The position numbers and the translations under genes were made by a program. Below are positions 1 through 10,599 of a DNA stretch of 64,000 bases, one piece after another. Within the stretch, counting starts at the first letter, position 1. Every line of letters begins with the position of its first letter. The notes under the pieces are model-generated. The model had not been told where the DNA came from and did not search any database. It saw only the letters and a program-made list of their open reading frames with translations. Source of the stretch: an uncultured Candidatus Rokubacteria bacterium (GTDB taxonomy: Bacteria; Methylomirabilota; Methylomirabilia; Rokubacteriales; CSP1-6); contig CAVWFS010000019.1 in assembly GCA_963754315.1 (NCBI GenBank), positions 512,001 to 576,000 on the forward strand, given 5' to 3'.

Positions 1-24
1 CCCCTGCGCCATGATCGTCCCTCC

Positions 25-60
25 TCACTTGCACGGTTTCTCCTGCTGACACGCGTGATA
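25..60 (-). pseudogene. C-terminal remnant of a family-5 ABC SBP paralogue
   Basis: Encodes ...ACQQEKPCK*, nearly identical to the C-terminus of 506..2218 (ACKQEKPCK*); upstream sequence is not SBP-like. Confidence 0.6.
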
Positions 61-199
61 TCGCCTACGGGGCTTGAGGCGCACGAGCGGAGGCCCGCTT
101 GCGGGTACGGCCGAGTCGAAGACCGGCACCAGTCGCGAGCGGACGTGCGGCAAGCGCCGGACCGGCGGGTGCGGCGGCCGCCACCATCGCCTCGAGCAC

Positions 200-288
200 T
201 TCCGAGGGGCGTCTGGCACATGCAGCGCCTCCCTCCCGACGAGTGGGCGGGGGCAGAGCGTGCACTGCGCTCGATGTGTCGAGCAGGG
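200..288. repeat. ~90-bp direct repeat, copy 1 (copy 2 at 2392-2481)
   Basis: cgcctccctcccgacgag...cagagcgtgcactgcgctcgatgtgtcgagc present in both copies. Confidence 0.85.
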
Positions 289-505
289 AACGACGCGACG
301 TTACGGTCAGGAGAGTATCCCGTCAAGGCCTACCTTCTCGGCCTCGACGCCGGCGAAATTGCTGCCTTGAAGCGCGACGGCGTACTGTAGCGGGCGCTCC
401 CGTCGGATCAAAGCGCCCGGCGGAAGAGGGGGCGCGGCCCGCGCGGTGACGGTCGCGCTCCTCGACTCTCCCTCTACCTGGTCAGGCTGCCTCCTCGCTC
501 GCTGA

Positions 506-2218
506 CTACTTACAGGGCTTCTCCTGCTTACACGCACTGATGAGAAACGTGTGGCCGATATCCCCACCGTCCCATCCGGAGAACGGCCAGTCATTGATAA
601 CCTTGGGGTTCACCACCACCTCGATGGACACGTCGAAGAGCGGGATGACCTCGAAGTTCTCAAACTTGTAGTTGCCGATCTTGCGCAGCTGGGCATCGGC
701 CGCCTTGGGATCGGACATCTGCAGCAAGTCTTCCCACATCTTGTAGATCGTATCGTCCTCAAAAAAGTGGGGTTGGCCCTTCCCGGCGTTGAACAGTGCG
801 ATCTGCGGTTCCACCGCCTTCTTTGATGGGGGGCCAGCCCTGAGGTACCAGTTGACTCGCCGCTCCCGCATCTTCGGCTGAACAACCGCCACGAGGTCAG
901 CCTCTTCCAGCTCAAGTTCGATGCCCACTTCACGCAACTGCGTGGCCACCGACTCCATCACTTGGACGAGCTCCGGCGCCCCGGCAAACGGATAGAGGTA
1001 GGCCTTCGCCTTGAAGCCCTTGGGGTATCCGGCCTCGGCCAGCAGTTGCCGGGCTTTCTTGGGGTCGTAGCCGTACATCTCCGGGAAGCGCTTCTCCCAG
1101 GTAGGGTCCCAGCCCGGCAAGTCGGGATAGAAGCCCATCACATAGGTGTACGAGGCCCGGCCCTTGTACAGCACCTTGAGCAGTTCCTCGCGGTTGATGG
1201 CCTTGTTCATGGCCTGCCGCACCTTCTTGTTGGTCCACGGCACCTTGAGGTCAAGCTTGCCGGTGGTGCCCCCGAATTCGGTGTAGCGATTGGTGGCCTT
1301 GTCCTCGGTGCCGAAGTACAGTCCACCGAACGCCACGACGACCTGCTGCGCCACCTGCCGACTGCGGATGAGCTTGAACCCCCTGGCAACCGCGTCGGCG
1401 GCGAGGTCCCTGTTGATCTCGGTGAGGTGGCTTTCCCCCGCCAGCAGTTGCGCGAAGCGCGGCGGCTCTTCGACGTTCCAGGTCATCTTGATCTCTTTCC
1501 AGTCCACCACGCCCCACTTCCAGTGCGGCGTCGGGGCACGCTCGTACAAGACATAGCGACCCAGTTCGCGCTCCTTGAAGATATACGGTCCGGTGCCGGC
1601 CGGCCTCGTCTCGTACGCCATCTCCCCTTCTTTGTCCCACTGCGCCTTGCTGAAGATGATCATGCTCGACGCGCTCGAGTAATAGAACTGCAGGTCGAGG
1701 CACACCACCTTGCAGTGCATGACGATCTCGTGGTTGTTGATCACCTCCACCCGCTGGACCGCGCACATGCCTTGCTTGTAGGCCGTCGTCGTTGGGTCCT
1801 TGCGGCCTGGATAATTGGGGTCACACCACACGGCGTGGTTGTGCACCACGTCCTTGGCCGTGAACTCGCCATAGCCGTGGTGGAACTGCACGCCCTTCTG
1901 CAGGGTGATGCGCCAGGACCGGCCGTCCTTGGCCATTTCCGCGCTCTTGGCTAGCCAGGGATTGTAGCCGCCCGACGACACGTCGACCTCGAACAGCCAC
2001 TCGAAGGCCGGATCATGCTGAATGTTGTGGTCCGGGGTGCCGAGGATCCAGGGGCGCATGTAATCCCGATAGGGGATGATGAGACCCATCACCAGCCGGT
2101 CCACCTTCGCCTTGCCGGTGGCGGGTTGGGCCTGGGCACTCACACCGGTCAGCACCACGAGTAGGACCGGCAGCAGGCACAGCAATACGTGAGGTTTGGG
2201 GAATCGACTCGGCACCAT
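506..2218 (-). CDS. ABC transporter substrate-binding protein, family 5 (peptide/nickel-type)
   Basis: Signal peptide; PWLAKS..W...L.KGV.FH.G..FTA.DV, GTGPY, VRQAMN.AINRE, YDP.KA..LL.EAG motifs; RBS GGAGG. Confidence 0.9.
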   Translation of the reverse strand: MVPSRFPKPHVLLCLLPVLLVVLTGVSAQAQPATGKAKVDRLVMGLIIPYRDYMRPWILGTPDHNIQHDPAFEWLFEVDVSSGGYNPWLAKSAEMAKDGRSWRITLQKGVQFHHGYGEFTAKDVVHNHAVWCDPNYPGRKDPTTTAYKQGMCAVQRVEVINNHEIVMHCKVVCLDLQFYYSSASSMIIFSKAQWDKEGEMAYETRPAGTGPYIFKERELGRYVLYERAPTPHWKWGVVDWKEIKMTWNVEEPPRFAQLLAGESHLTEINRDLAADAVARGFKLIRSRQVAQQVVVAFGGLYFGTEDKATNRYTEFGGTTGKLDLKVPWTNKKVRQAMNKAINREELLKVLYKGRASYTYVMGFYPDLPGWDPTWEKRFPEMYGYDPKKARQLLAEAGYPKGFKAKAYLYPFAGAPELVQVMESVATQLREVGIELELEEADLVAVVQPKMRERRVNWYLRAGPPSKKAVEPQIALFNAGKGQPHFFEDDTIYKMWEDLLQMSDPKAADAQLRKIGNYKFENFEVIPLFDVSIEVVVNPKVINDWPFSGWDGGDIGHTFLISACKQEKPCK

Positions 2219-2391
2219 GGTCGTCCCTCCTTGCTTGCGCGGTTTCCCTGTTTACGCGTCTCGGTGTCGCCAACCGGCGACGCTTCGACGAGCTGCTAGC
2301 CTGGCTTGAATCGCACGAGCTGAAGTTCGTTTGCGGAACAACACGAGGAGAAGATCGGCGCCCGTCTCGGGCGGACCTGGCGGCAAGCTAC

Positions 2392-2481
2392 CTTCCCCGG
2401 GGCGTCGGGCCATGCGCCGCCTCCCTCCCGACGAGCGGGCGAGGACAGAGCGTGCACTGCGCTCGATGTGTCGAGCGGGGA
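2392..2481. repeat. ~90-bp direct repeat, copy 2, in divergent intergenic region
   Basis: Matches 200-288; contains inverted repeat GCTCGA-tgtg-TCGAGC. Confidence 0.85.
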
Positions 2482-2586
2482 CAATGGGACGTTAAGGGGT
2501 GGCGAATAGGCTGTCAAGGAAAACCCTTGGCGCCCAGGAGCGTGGCATCATGCACGTGCAATCCCGAAGAGAGAGGAGTCTCGATC

Positions 2587-3999
2587 ATGACCAATGAAGC
2601 TCTGCGCACGATCTTGCCGATTGCCGGCTGGGGGGACGATCGCGCCCGCGCCGTCGAAATCACCGGCGACGGCGATCCAATTCTACCGACGCCGTTCCGC
2701 ATCGGCGAGACCAGCGCGGCCGCCCTCGCGGCGGTCGGCCTCGCCGTCGCCGATCTGTGGGCCTTGCGCACCGGGCGGCGCCAGGAGGTCGCGGTCGACT
2801 CGCGCCAAGCGACCGCCTCGCTCCGGAGCGGGCACTACATGCAGATGGACGGGGCGCCCGTGTCGACCGAGCGCAACACGGTGATGGGCGTCTATCCGGC
2901 CAAGAACGGGCGCTGGAGCTATCTGCACTGCAATTTTCCAAACCATCGAGCGGCGGCCCTCCACGTGCTCGGCGTGTCGGAAGATCGGGAAGCGGTGCGG
3001 GACGCGGTGGCGAAGTGGGACGCGCTCGAGCTCGAGGAGGCGATCATCGCCGCCAAGGGCGCCGGGGGCATGGTGCGCACAATGGAAGAATGGGCCCAGC
3101 ACCCGCAGGCTCACGCGATCGCGTCGCTGCCGCTGATGGAGATCGTCAGGATCGGCGACAGCCCACCCGAACGGCTCCCCGACGGCAATCGGCCGCTGTC
3201 GGGCGTTCGCGTGCTCGACCTGACGCGGGTCCTCGCCGGGCCGACCTGTGCCCGCACCCTCGCCGAGCACGGCGCCGACGTGTTGAAGATCACCGGGGCG
3301 CATCTGCCGAACATCGGGTACCAGGAATACGACACCGGCCACGGCAAGCTCTCCGCCCATCTCGATCTGCGCGAGCCGAAGGACATCGAGACCCTGCGGG
3401 GGCTGGTTCGCGAAGCCGACGTGTTCTCGCAGGGCTACCGGCCGGGGACCCTCGGCCAGCGCGGGTTCTCGCCCGAGGCCCTGGCGCGATTGCGGCCCGG
3501 CATCGTCTTCGTCTCGCTGTGCGCCTTCGGCCATGTCGGGCCGTGGGCGTCTCGCCGCGGCTTCGACACGGTGGTGCAGACGGTCAGCGGCATCACGAGC
3601 CGCCAGGGTGAGCTGTTCCCCGGCGCGACGCCGGGCCCGCAATTCTACCCAGTGTCGGCGATCGACTACCTGACCGGCTATCTGATGGCCTTCGGCGCGA
3701 TGGTGGCGCTCTCCCGCCGAGCGCGGGAGGGTGGCAGCTGGCTCGTGCGGATCTCACTGGCCCAGACCGGGCGCTGGCTCGTCGGACGCGGACAGGTCCC
3801 GGAGGCCAAGCTCAAGGATGTGCCGAAGGAATTCACCCCCGAGGAGCTGAAGCGCTGGTCGATGACGAGCGACACGCCGGTCGGTCGGCTGCACCATCTC
3901 GGGCCGGTGGTGCACCTCTCCGAGACACCGCCGCGCTGGGCGCGGCCCTCCGTACCGCTCGGCTACCACGAGCCAGCGTGGCCCGCGCGGGCGACGTAA
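2587..3999 (+). CDS. CoA-transferase family III (CaiB/BaiF)
   Basis: PLSGVRVLDLTRVLAGP..RTLAEHGADV, ADVFSQGYRPG, RRGFD motifs; RBS GAGGAG before ATG 2587. Confidence 0.9.
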   Translation: MTNEALRTILPIAGWGDDRARAVEITGDGDPILPTPFRIGETSAAALAAVGLAVADLWALRTGRRQEVAVDSRQATASLRSGHYMQMDGAPVSTERNTVMGVYPAKNGRWSYLHCNFPNHRAAALHVLGVSEDREAVRDAVAKWDALELEEAIIAAKGAGGMVRTMEEWAQHPQAHAIASLPLMEIVRIGDSPPERLPDGNRPLSGVRVLDLTRVLAGPTCARTLAEHGADVLKITGAHLPNIGYQEYDTGHGKLSAHLDLREPKDIETLRGLVREADVFSQGYRPGTLGQRGFSPEALARLRPGIVFVSLCAFGHVGPWASRRGFDTVVQTVSGITSRQGELFPGATPGPQFYPVSAIDYLTGYLMAFGAMVALSRRAREGGSWLVRISLAQTGRWLVGRGQVPEAKLKDVPKEFTPEELKRWSMTSDTPVGRLHHLGPVVHLSETPPRWARPSVPLGYHEPAWPARAT

Positions 4000-4075
4000 C
4001 GTGGGCGCCGTCGTCTGATCGCGTCGCGGCGACTTAGCCGACGGGCCCCTGATTGGTCACACTGCTTCGAAAGCT

Positions 4076-5314
4076 CTAGTCGATTCCGGCCGACACGCCC
4101 TTGGCGTCCTTGGTCAAGGCGGCCGCCGGCGTGTCGATGTTGTACAGGCGCGCGCAGTTGTCCCAGAGGATCTTGCGGCGGACCTCGGCACCGAACGGCA
4201 GCCCGAAGAACTGCTCCATGGCCTCGGGAAAGGCGCCGTCGGAATGCGGATAGTCGGTGGAGACCACGAAGTAGTCGGCGCCCATCTTGTTCACGACGTC
4301 GACCGCGGGTTCCTCGTCGACATCGAGCGCGATGTAGCACTGGCGCTTGAAGTATTCGCTCGGCAGCATCGATAGCTGATGCTCGCAGCCGGGACCGAAC
4401 TTCTCCCACTGATCATCGAGCCTCCACAGCCACCAGGCGAGCCAGCCGGCCGTGCCTTCGAGGAAGGCGCAGCGCAGCCGCGGGTGGCGTTCGAGGATCC
4501 CGCCCGTGGTCATGCTGGCAATGGCCCCCATCAGCTCGACGGGATTGCGAATGGCATGGGCGATCGGATGAAAGTTGGCGTGGCCAACGTAGCGCCGCCC
4601 GGCGTCGTCCTTGAGCGAGGTGTTGCCGGTCGGATGGAAGCCGATCGGCACCTCGAGCTGCTCCAGCGCGGTCCACAGCGGATCACACGCCTCGTCGTGC
4701 AAATGCTGGCCGTTCACCGGATTCGGGGTCCCGATGATGGCGACGGCCCCAAGCTCTCGAACGCAGCGACGGGCCTCCTCGATCGCGGCCGGGATGCTGT
4801 GCATCGCCACCTGGGCCGCGAACTTGAGCCGCTGCGGCTGGCCCTGGCAATACTCATGCGCCCAGTTGTTGTAGGCGCGGGCCAGCGCCGCCGCGTAGTC
4901 CGGCGCCAGGTCGTCGTGCATGAGGATCTGCCGCCCCCGCGTGCCGTACATCACGGCGACATCAACGCCCTCGATATCCATCGCGGTCAGGGTGGAGTCC
5001 GGGTCGAAGCCGCGCGCCCGCGCGACCTGGAAGTGTGGGTGCCGCGCGCGGCTCCGGCGCCGCAGCTCGCGGCTGGACGCGGTGGCGGCCGTCGCCTTGC
5101 CATGTGCAGGAATGGCCAGCCCCTGCACTTCCATGCCCATGATGGTGTCGGCGTGGCCCTTGTCTTGCGAGCTCTCGGCGAGCTTTTTCTGCTGCCCGCC
5201 GAAGAACCGTGGCAGGTTCGCTCGATGGGGTCCTTCGAGGTGGCGGGCCCATAGGTCGTCCGGTTCCATCATGTGAAGGTCGCTGTCGAGGATCAGATAG
5301 CCGTCGCGTGCCAT
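4076..5314 (-). CDS. Amidohydrolase_2 family protein
   Basis: DSDLH metal motif, YN.W, GFHP, FLEG..GW, STDYPH.D, ILWDN.ARLY. Confidence 0.9.
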   Translation of the reverse strand: MARDGYLILDSDLHMMEPDDLWARHLEGPHRANLPRFFGGQQKKLAESSQDKGHADTIMGMEVQGLAIPAHGKATAATASSRELRRRSRARHPHFQVARARGFDPDSTLTAMDIEGVDVAVMYGTRGRQILMHDDLAPDYAAALARAYNNWAHEYCQGQPQRLKFAAQVAMHSIPAAIEEARRCVRELGAVAIIGTPNPVNGQHLHDEACDPLWTALEQLEVPIGFHPTGNTSLKDDAGRRYVGHANFHPIAHAIRNPVELMGAIASMTTGGILERHPRLRCAFLEGTAGWLAWWLWRLDDQWEKFGPGCEHQLSMLPSEYFKRQCYIALDVDEEPAVDVVNKMGADYFVVSTDYPHSDGAFPEAMEQFFGLPFGAEVRRKILWDNCARLYNIDTPAAALTKDAKGVSAGID

Positions 5315-5476
5315 AGGGCACCTCCCCCGGGGATGAGAGACTGCACCGCCGAGCGCCTCTGCCGCCGATTATCTTCCCCCGCCCTCCTTCGCTCAACCCT
5401 TGTGCGCCGGCGCGCTTCGGGGCAGGCGCGAGGGTCTTTGATAGCTTGCTACGTATGTTATGCGGCATGAGCCAGG

Positions 5477-6595
5477 CTACCGGAGCTTGGCACCCTGCTG
5501 GGTGACGATGTCGAGGAACGCCCCCACCTCCGCATTCATCTGCTCCACATCGGCGGGAATGAATCCGCCCGCCGCGAAGTGGCCAGTGATCGAAGTCGGA
5601 TTGATGGTGACCGTGCGCACGTCGCGAATGTAGTGGGCTGCCTCCAGCGGCTCCCACTCAGGATTCAGCAGGTCCTTCACTCCGGTCATCATGAGGGTCT
5701 TGGCCTTGATCGTCCGGAGGGCCTTGACGAGATCACCGTTCATCCCGGCGGTCGACCCCAGATCGTGCGTCTCGTAAGCCCAAGTCTGGTAGATGTAGTC
5801 GTTGGCGTCGAAGACGTTCATGAGCGTGTCCTCCTGGGCCTTGAGCCAGGGCAGGACGTCGCGGGGATTGGCAAACTGATAGCGGTACATCTCCGGCGTG
5901 CGCGCCGACAGGAAGCCGAGGATGTCGCGCCACAGGCGGATGCCGTTCGCGGGGGGGCTTGTGTAGTTGCCCCCGTTCCACGCCGGATCAAGCATGATGG
6001 CCTTCCGGCTCGCGTCCACGACCACGATGCTCCAGGCCGGCGTCCGGGCCAGTGGCACCAGGGCCACCAGGCTGTCCATGAAGTCCGGGTGGCTCACGCC
6101 CCACTGCAGAGCCTGCATTCCCCCCATGGAAGGCCCGATCACCGTCACCACGTGGTCGATGCCCAGCTTCTCCTTGAGCAGGCGATGCTGGGACTGCACC
6201 ATGTCCCGGATGGTGAAGCGCGGGAACTGCATGCGCGGCTGCGCCGTGCTGTTGCTTGGCGAGGTGGTCAGTCCGTTGCCGATGGCGTCTGTACAGATGA
6301 TGAAGTACTTGGTGGGATCGAGGGCCCGGCCGGGCCCGATGAGGAAGTCCAGGCGATGGTGATTCCCACTGAGCGCGGTCACCATCAGAATGGCGTTTGA
6401 CTTCTTGGCATTGAGCGCTCCGTGGGTGACATAGGAGATTGCGAAGTCTTTGATAACCTGCCCGCTCTCCAGCGTGAGGTCACCCATCTGGTAGAGCTGA
6501 TGGGGCTGATCGGTCGGCCGGTGCGCGGCGGCGCGGTTCGTGAACGAACCCAGAACGAGCAGACACGTAAGCAGGCACAGGACTGGACGGTACAT
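5477..6595 (-). CDS. Homoserine O-acetyltransferase-like alpha/beta hydrolase with signal peptide
   Basis: GPSMGGMQ nucleophile elbow, FP.FTIRDMV..Q, FDANDY, GH; N-terminal signal sequence. Confidence 0.8.
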   Translation of the reverse strand: MYRPVLCLLTCLLVLGSFTNRAAAHRPTDQPHQLYQMGDLTLESGQVIKDFAISYVTHGALNAKKSNAILMVTALSGNHHRLDFLIGPGRALDPTKYFIICTDAIGNGLTTSPSNSTAQPRMQFPRFTIRDMVQSQHRLLKEKLGIDHVVTVIGPSMGGMQALQWGVSHPDFMDSLVALVPLARTPAWSIVVVDASRKAIMLDPAWNGGNYTSPPANGIRLWRDILGFLSARTPEMYRYQFANPRDVLPWLKAQEDTLMNVFDANDYIYQTWAYETHDLGSTAGMNGDLVKALRTIKAKTLMMTGVKDLLNPEWEPLEAAHYIRDVRTVTINPTSITGHFAAGGFIPADVEQMNAEVGAFLDIVTQQGAKLR

Positions 6596-6688
6596 CGGCG
6601 CACCTCCGTGTCGAGGGTGGGTTGGCGAACGGCGCGAGTGTAAGTGGCTCCTTGTGCACCGTCAACGGCCGTGCAGGAGGAATGTGCG

Positions 6689-7444
6689 ATGGATCTGACG
6701 GGAAAGGCGGCCCTCGTCACCGGTGGCTCCGGAGACCTTGGTCGGGCAATCGCCAGAGCCTTGGCCACAGCGGGGGTGGATGTCGCAGTCACTTACGCGA
6801 GCCATCCGGAGGAGGCTAAGGCGACGGCGACCGCGGTGGAGTCGGTAGGGCGGCGAAGCCTGATCGTGCCGCTCGATCAGCGCGACCCGGTTGCAATCGA
6901 CACAGCCGTCGAGACAGTCGCCCGGGAGTTTGGCCGACTGGACATCCTCGTCAATAACGCGGCGTGGAATATCGGCATACCGTTCAAGGCTCTCGACGCC
7001 TTGACCGCCGACATCTGGGATCGAGTGCTCGAAACCAACCTTCGGGGGCCGTACTTGCTGGCGAGGGCGTGCGCCCCTCATCTGCGCGCGCAGGGGGCGG
7101 GGCGCATCGTGAACATCGCGTCAGTTGGAGGATTGTATCCCGGCAGTAGCAGCATCGCCTATTCGGCGAGCAAAGCGGGCTTGATCCACCTCAGCCGTTG
7201 CCTCGCCGTCGCCCTCGCTCCAGAGGTGACGGTGAACTGTATCGCGCCCGGACTGGTGGAAGGTACCCGCATGGCCCAGCGGCTTCCCCCAGAAATTGCC
7301 CAGTGGTCACGCACTCAGGCGGTGCTGGGCCGAACGGCAAGTGCGCAGGATATCGCCGAGCAAGTCGTCACGTTCTGCCGAGCCGAGTCGGTGACGGGGC
7401 AAGTGCTTGTCGTCGACGGGGGAATGCCGGCCGGGATGCACTGA
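6689..7444 (+). CDS. SDR family oxidoreductase
   Basis: TGGSGDLG, NNAA, YSASK, NCIAPG. Confidence 0.9.
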   Translation: MDLTGKAALVTGGSGDLGRAIARALATAGVDVAVTYASHPEEAKATATAVESVGRRSLIVPLDQRDPVAIDTAVETVAREFGRLDILVNNAAWNIGIPFKALDALTADIWDRVLETNLRGPYLLARACAPHLRAQGAGRIVNIASVGGLYPGSSSIAYSASKAGLIHLSRCLAVALAPEVTVNCIAPGLVEGTRMAQRLPPEIAQWSRTQAVLGRTASAQDIAEQVVTFCRAESVTGQVLVVDGGMPAGMH

Positions 7445-7472
7445 GCGGAGCCCGGACGCTACAATTCTCCGC

Positions 7473-8291
7473 ATGCGTGAACGGAGCGACGCGCGGGCGA
7501 TAAACGACTACTGGGGGCGCGACGGTCTCGAACGCGCCATTCTCTCGGCGCTGGCCGCGGCAGGCAAGGACGTGGACGCACTGACCATCGACGACCTCGC
7601 CATGAGCGATCAGTTTCACAGCGGCGGGAAGGATGCCACCATGCGGCTGGCGCACCTGGCCGGCCTTCGACCCGGGTTGCGTGTCCTCGACGTCGGCGGT
7701 GGCCTGGGCGGGCCGGCGCGCACCCTGGCCGCCCACTTCGGCTGTCACGTCACTGTGGTCGATCTCACCGAATCCTACGTGCGCGCGGGCGCAGCCCTGA
7801 CCGCTCGGCTCGGGCTCTCCGATCGCGTCACTCATCGCACGGGCGACGCGCTGGCTCTCGAAGTCGGCGCCGACCCCTTCGACCGTATCTGGACACAGAA
7901 CAGCGGCATGAACGTTCCCGACAAGGAGCGCCTCTACGCCGGTTTTGCGCGTCTGCTCGGCCAAGGCGGCTTGCTCGCGATGCAAGAGCCGATGGCGGGT
8001 CCCGTGCAGCCGCCGATCTTTCCTGTGATGTGGGCGCGGGATGCGACTACCAGCTTTCTGCGCCGACCCGAGGAGATGCGCGCGATCGTCGAGGCCGCCG
8101 GGTTCCGGGCGCGAGCCTGGGACGACGTCACCGCGGAGATGGCCGGCCCGAGCACCGGCGGTGCCGTTCCCGCCCACAGCATCCAGCGGATCGTCATGGG
8201 GGATGCGCTGGAGGAAATCACGCAGGCCGGGTACCGCAACCGCGAGGAGCGACGGATCGTCATCGTCCAGGCCGTCCTCGAGCGCCTGTAG
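7473..8291 (+). CDS. Class I SAM-dependent methyltransferase
   Basis: VLDVGGGLGGPAR, DQFH.GG, GDALAL. Confidence 0.85.
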   Translation: MRERSDARAINDYWGRDGLERAILSALAAAGKDVDALTIDDLAMSDQFHSGGKDATMRLAHLAGLRPGLRVLDVGGGLGGPARTLAAHFGCHVTVVDLTESYVRAGAALTARLGLSDRVTHRTGDALALEVGADPFDRIWTQNSGMNVPDKERLYAGFARLLGQGGLLAMQEPMAGPVQPPIFPVMWARDATTSFLRRPEEMRAIVEAAGFRARAWDDVTAEMAGPSTGGAVPAHSIQRIVMGDALEEITQAGYRNREERRIVIVQAVLERL

Positions 8292-8649
8292 TCCCCGTGC
8301 GGTGGATCAGCAGTAACTTGCGGCACGAACCTACCATCACGCCATCTCGGCGCGGAGGCGCACGCCGGGCACCGACCGCAGAAGGCGATGTTGACACGCC
8401 GACGACGGGCGCACGTACTGAACGACATGTGACCGCGTCGTCTACCTGTGAGCTGACGGAGGTGAGCCGTGACAGCTCCAGGGAGCTGCTGCCTCATACG
8501 TAGCGCTGTACAAGGCTGCCGTCGCAGCAGCCAGCGTAGCGCAAGATGAACGACCGAGACTAGGTACGTGAAGAGTGCGACGCCTAAAGTGTGGTAGGGT
8601 GCCTGACTCGTCTCTGCCGCTTGTACCACGTGCTACATCTGGGAGGATC

Positions 8650-9720
8650 GCGCCCGTGCCTCGAACGGCTCGCCCGTCTCGCCATCTGTCGACAAGCGTG
8701 GACCGGCCTCTCGACGGCCTCAGCCATCTCACGCTCGAGAGCGGATGGACGATGCCGTGCGTTATGGACGCGGTCGGCTCACGCGGGCAGCGCTGTCGGG
8801 ATCTAGAGGGTGGCCGATGTCCATCTATTGCCGCGACATATCCCAGCGACGACAGCCTGATCATTACGGGTCTACGCCGGAGCGGCGGCGCGGACCCCCG
8901 GCCAGGGGACGCCAGTGGGACGCGCTGTCGGGCGCTGGAGCGCGAGTGGGGCGGTCCGATGGGGACGATCTTGGGTGCGAGCGCGCAGTGACGACCGGTC
9001 AGGAAGGTGGACGAACTACCCAAGCTGGGCGCAGCGCGGGCGCGGCGAACACGCGCATGAACCGCGAGATCGACGTGTCATGTGCTGCCGGTGCACGTCC
9101 GCGCTCACCACCGAACCGGTGACCAGAATATCGTGTCGAGCAGGCCGATACTCGCCGAGCGCATCCCCGGAGCGCGTCTTGGGAGCTTCCCGGAACAACC
9201 ACTGGCCCTGGGCGGGCGATGCGCAGAGTATCGTCGACGAAATCGAAGAATTCCTGACCGGTGCGCGGCCGCGGTAGCGGCGGACGCGCGTTGGCAACCG
9301 TGTGTTCGTCGATACGTCGAGTCACCCAGCGAGCTGTGGCGCTGGGTGACGCAGGGTGGCGAGACCTGCTGCAAGCTATCATGCCCGTGGATAAGGAGGT
9401 CATGCGATACCGGGGCGGATCTCGACACTGCCGGCGACGGTGCCCTCGCCACCTTCGACGGTCCGGCGCGTGCGATCGCTGCGCAGAGGCCATCCGTAGT
9501 CCCTATCGACCAGGGCCACAGCGCGCGGGCGCACACGGAGATGTGAGACGTCGGCGGCAAGGTGCGAAGCCGTCCACACCGCGGCCGTGTCTCGACTGCT
9601 GCCGGCCGGCGGATCTGTCTCAAGTACGGTGCGAGTCCGTCGCGGGCTCGGGTCTCTCCTTCTCGGACCGTGGACTCCTGCGCTCAAGGGGGTCCGGGCA
9701 ATGGCGTCTATTGCGCTCAG
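8650..9720 (+). pseudogene. Heavily degraded alpha/beta-hydrolase + adenylate/guanylate cyclase fusion (LipJ-like)
   Basis: Fragments across frames: IVDEIEEFLTG, RALATV, ALGDAGWRDLL, DTAGDGALATFDGPARAI, ESVAGSGLSFSDRG. Confidence 0.6.
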
Positions 9721-10023
9721 GTATAGCCATGATTGAGCAACCGGGAACAAGAGGCTTGAGCAGCCCGGCTCGACGCCGGGTGCTCAGCTTGCCGACGGCT
9801 ACACGCTCGAACTCTACATCGACTGACCGGGCCCGGGGTCCACCGGGCAGCACGATAGCCCAGTGCCCGTCTGGTGGGAGGGGTTCGTGCTCGGCATCGT
9901 ATCTGTTTCGAGGCATTGACCATCCGCGGTGATGTGCCACCCTGCTTCGCGGTGGTCCCCTCACCACCCGCCCGTCGCCGACTCACGGCCCGATGCTAGA
10001 CTTCTGGTCGGAGGAGTTTCCGG

Positions 10024-10566
10024 ATGAGCCGCACCGCGTTCACCTACGAGGACTACGCGGCCCTTCCCGATGACGGTCATCGGTACGAGGTGCACGACGG
10101 CGAGCTGTCCGTGACACCGTCGCCCGGTACGTGGCACCAGCGGGTCAAGGCCAATCTCTTCGACATCCTTCGCCACCACGTGCTCGCTCGGCGTGCGGGC
10201 GAGCTCTTCGACGCCCCCCTCGACTGCATCCTCAGCCCGACGACGATCGTCCAGCCCGACATCGTCTTCGTGGCTCGTGAACACGCTGGCCGGGTCAGCC
10301 CGCGTGGCATCGAAGGCCCGCCCACCCTGGCGGTAGAAGTCATCTCGCCATCAACCGAGCGAATCGACCGGCGGCGGAAGCTTGAGCTATATGCCCGCCA
10401 CCTGATCGAGCATTACTGGATCGTCGATCCCGTGGCCCGGACGATCGATGCATACAGGTTGACCGGTCAGGGCTATTGTCTGTCCGGACGCCTCGAAGGC
10501 CCGTCACCCACCGCCCTGGATCCCTTCCCGGACCTCCTCGTCGATACCGCCGCACTCTGGGCGTGA
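10024..10566 (+). CDS. Uma2 family (DUF820) endonuclease-like protein
   Basis: YEDY..LPDDG.RYE..DGEL..TPSP..HQ, QPDI, LAVEVISPST..D...K..LY, YWIVDP. Confidence 0.9.
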   Translation: MSRTAFTYEDYAALPDDGHRYEVHDGELSVTPSPGTWHQRVKANLFDILRHHVLARRAGELFDAPLDCILSPTTIVQPDIVFVAREHAGRVSPRGIEGPPTLAVEVISPSTERIDRRRKLELYARHLIEHYWIVDPVARTIDAYRLTGQGYCLSGRLEGPSPTALDPFPDLLVDTAALWA

Positions 10567-10599
10567 AGTGCAGCGGATCGTGCGCATAGCGGTCGCGGC

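Noticed and set aside
8440..8630. Possible transposase C-terminal remnant on the minus strand
   Set aside because: Too short and lacks a diagnostic motif.
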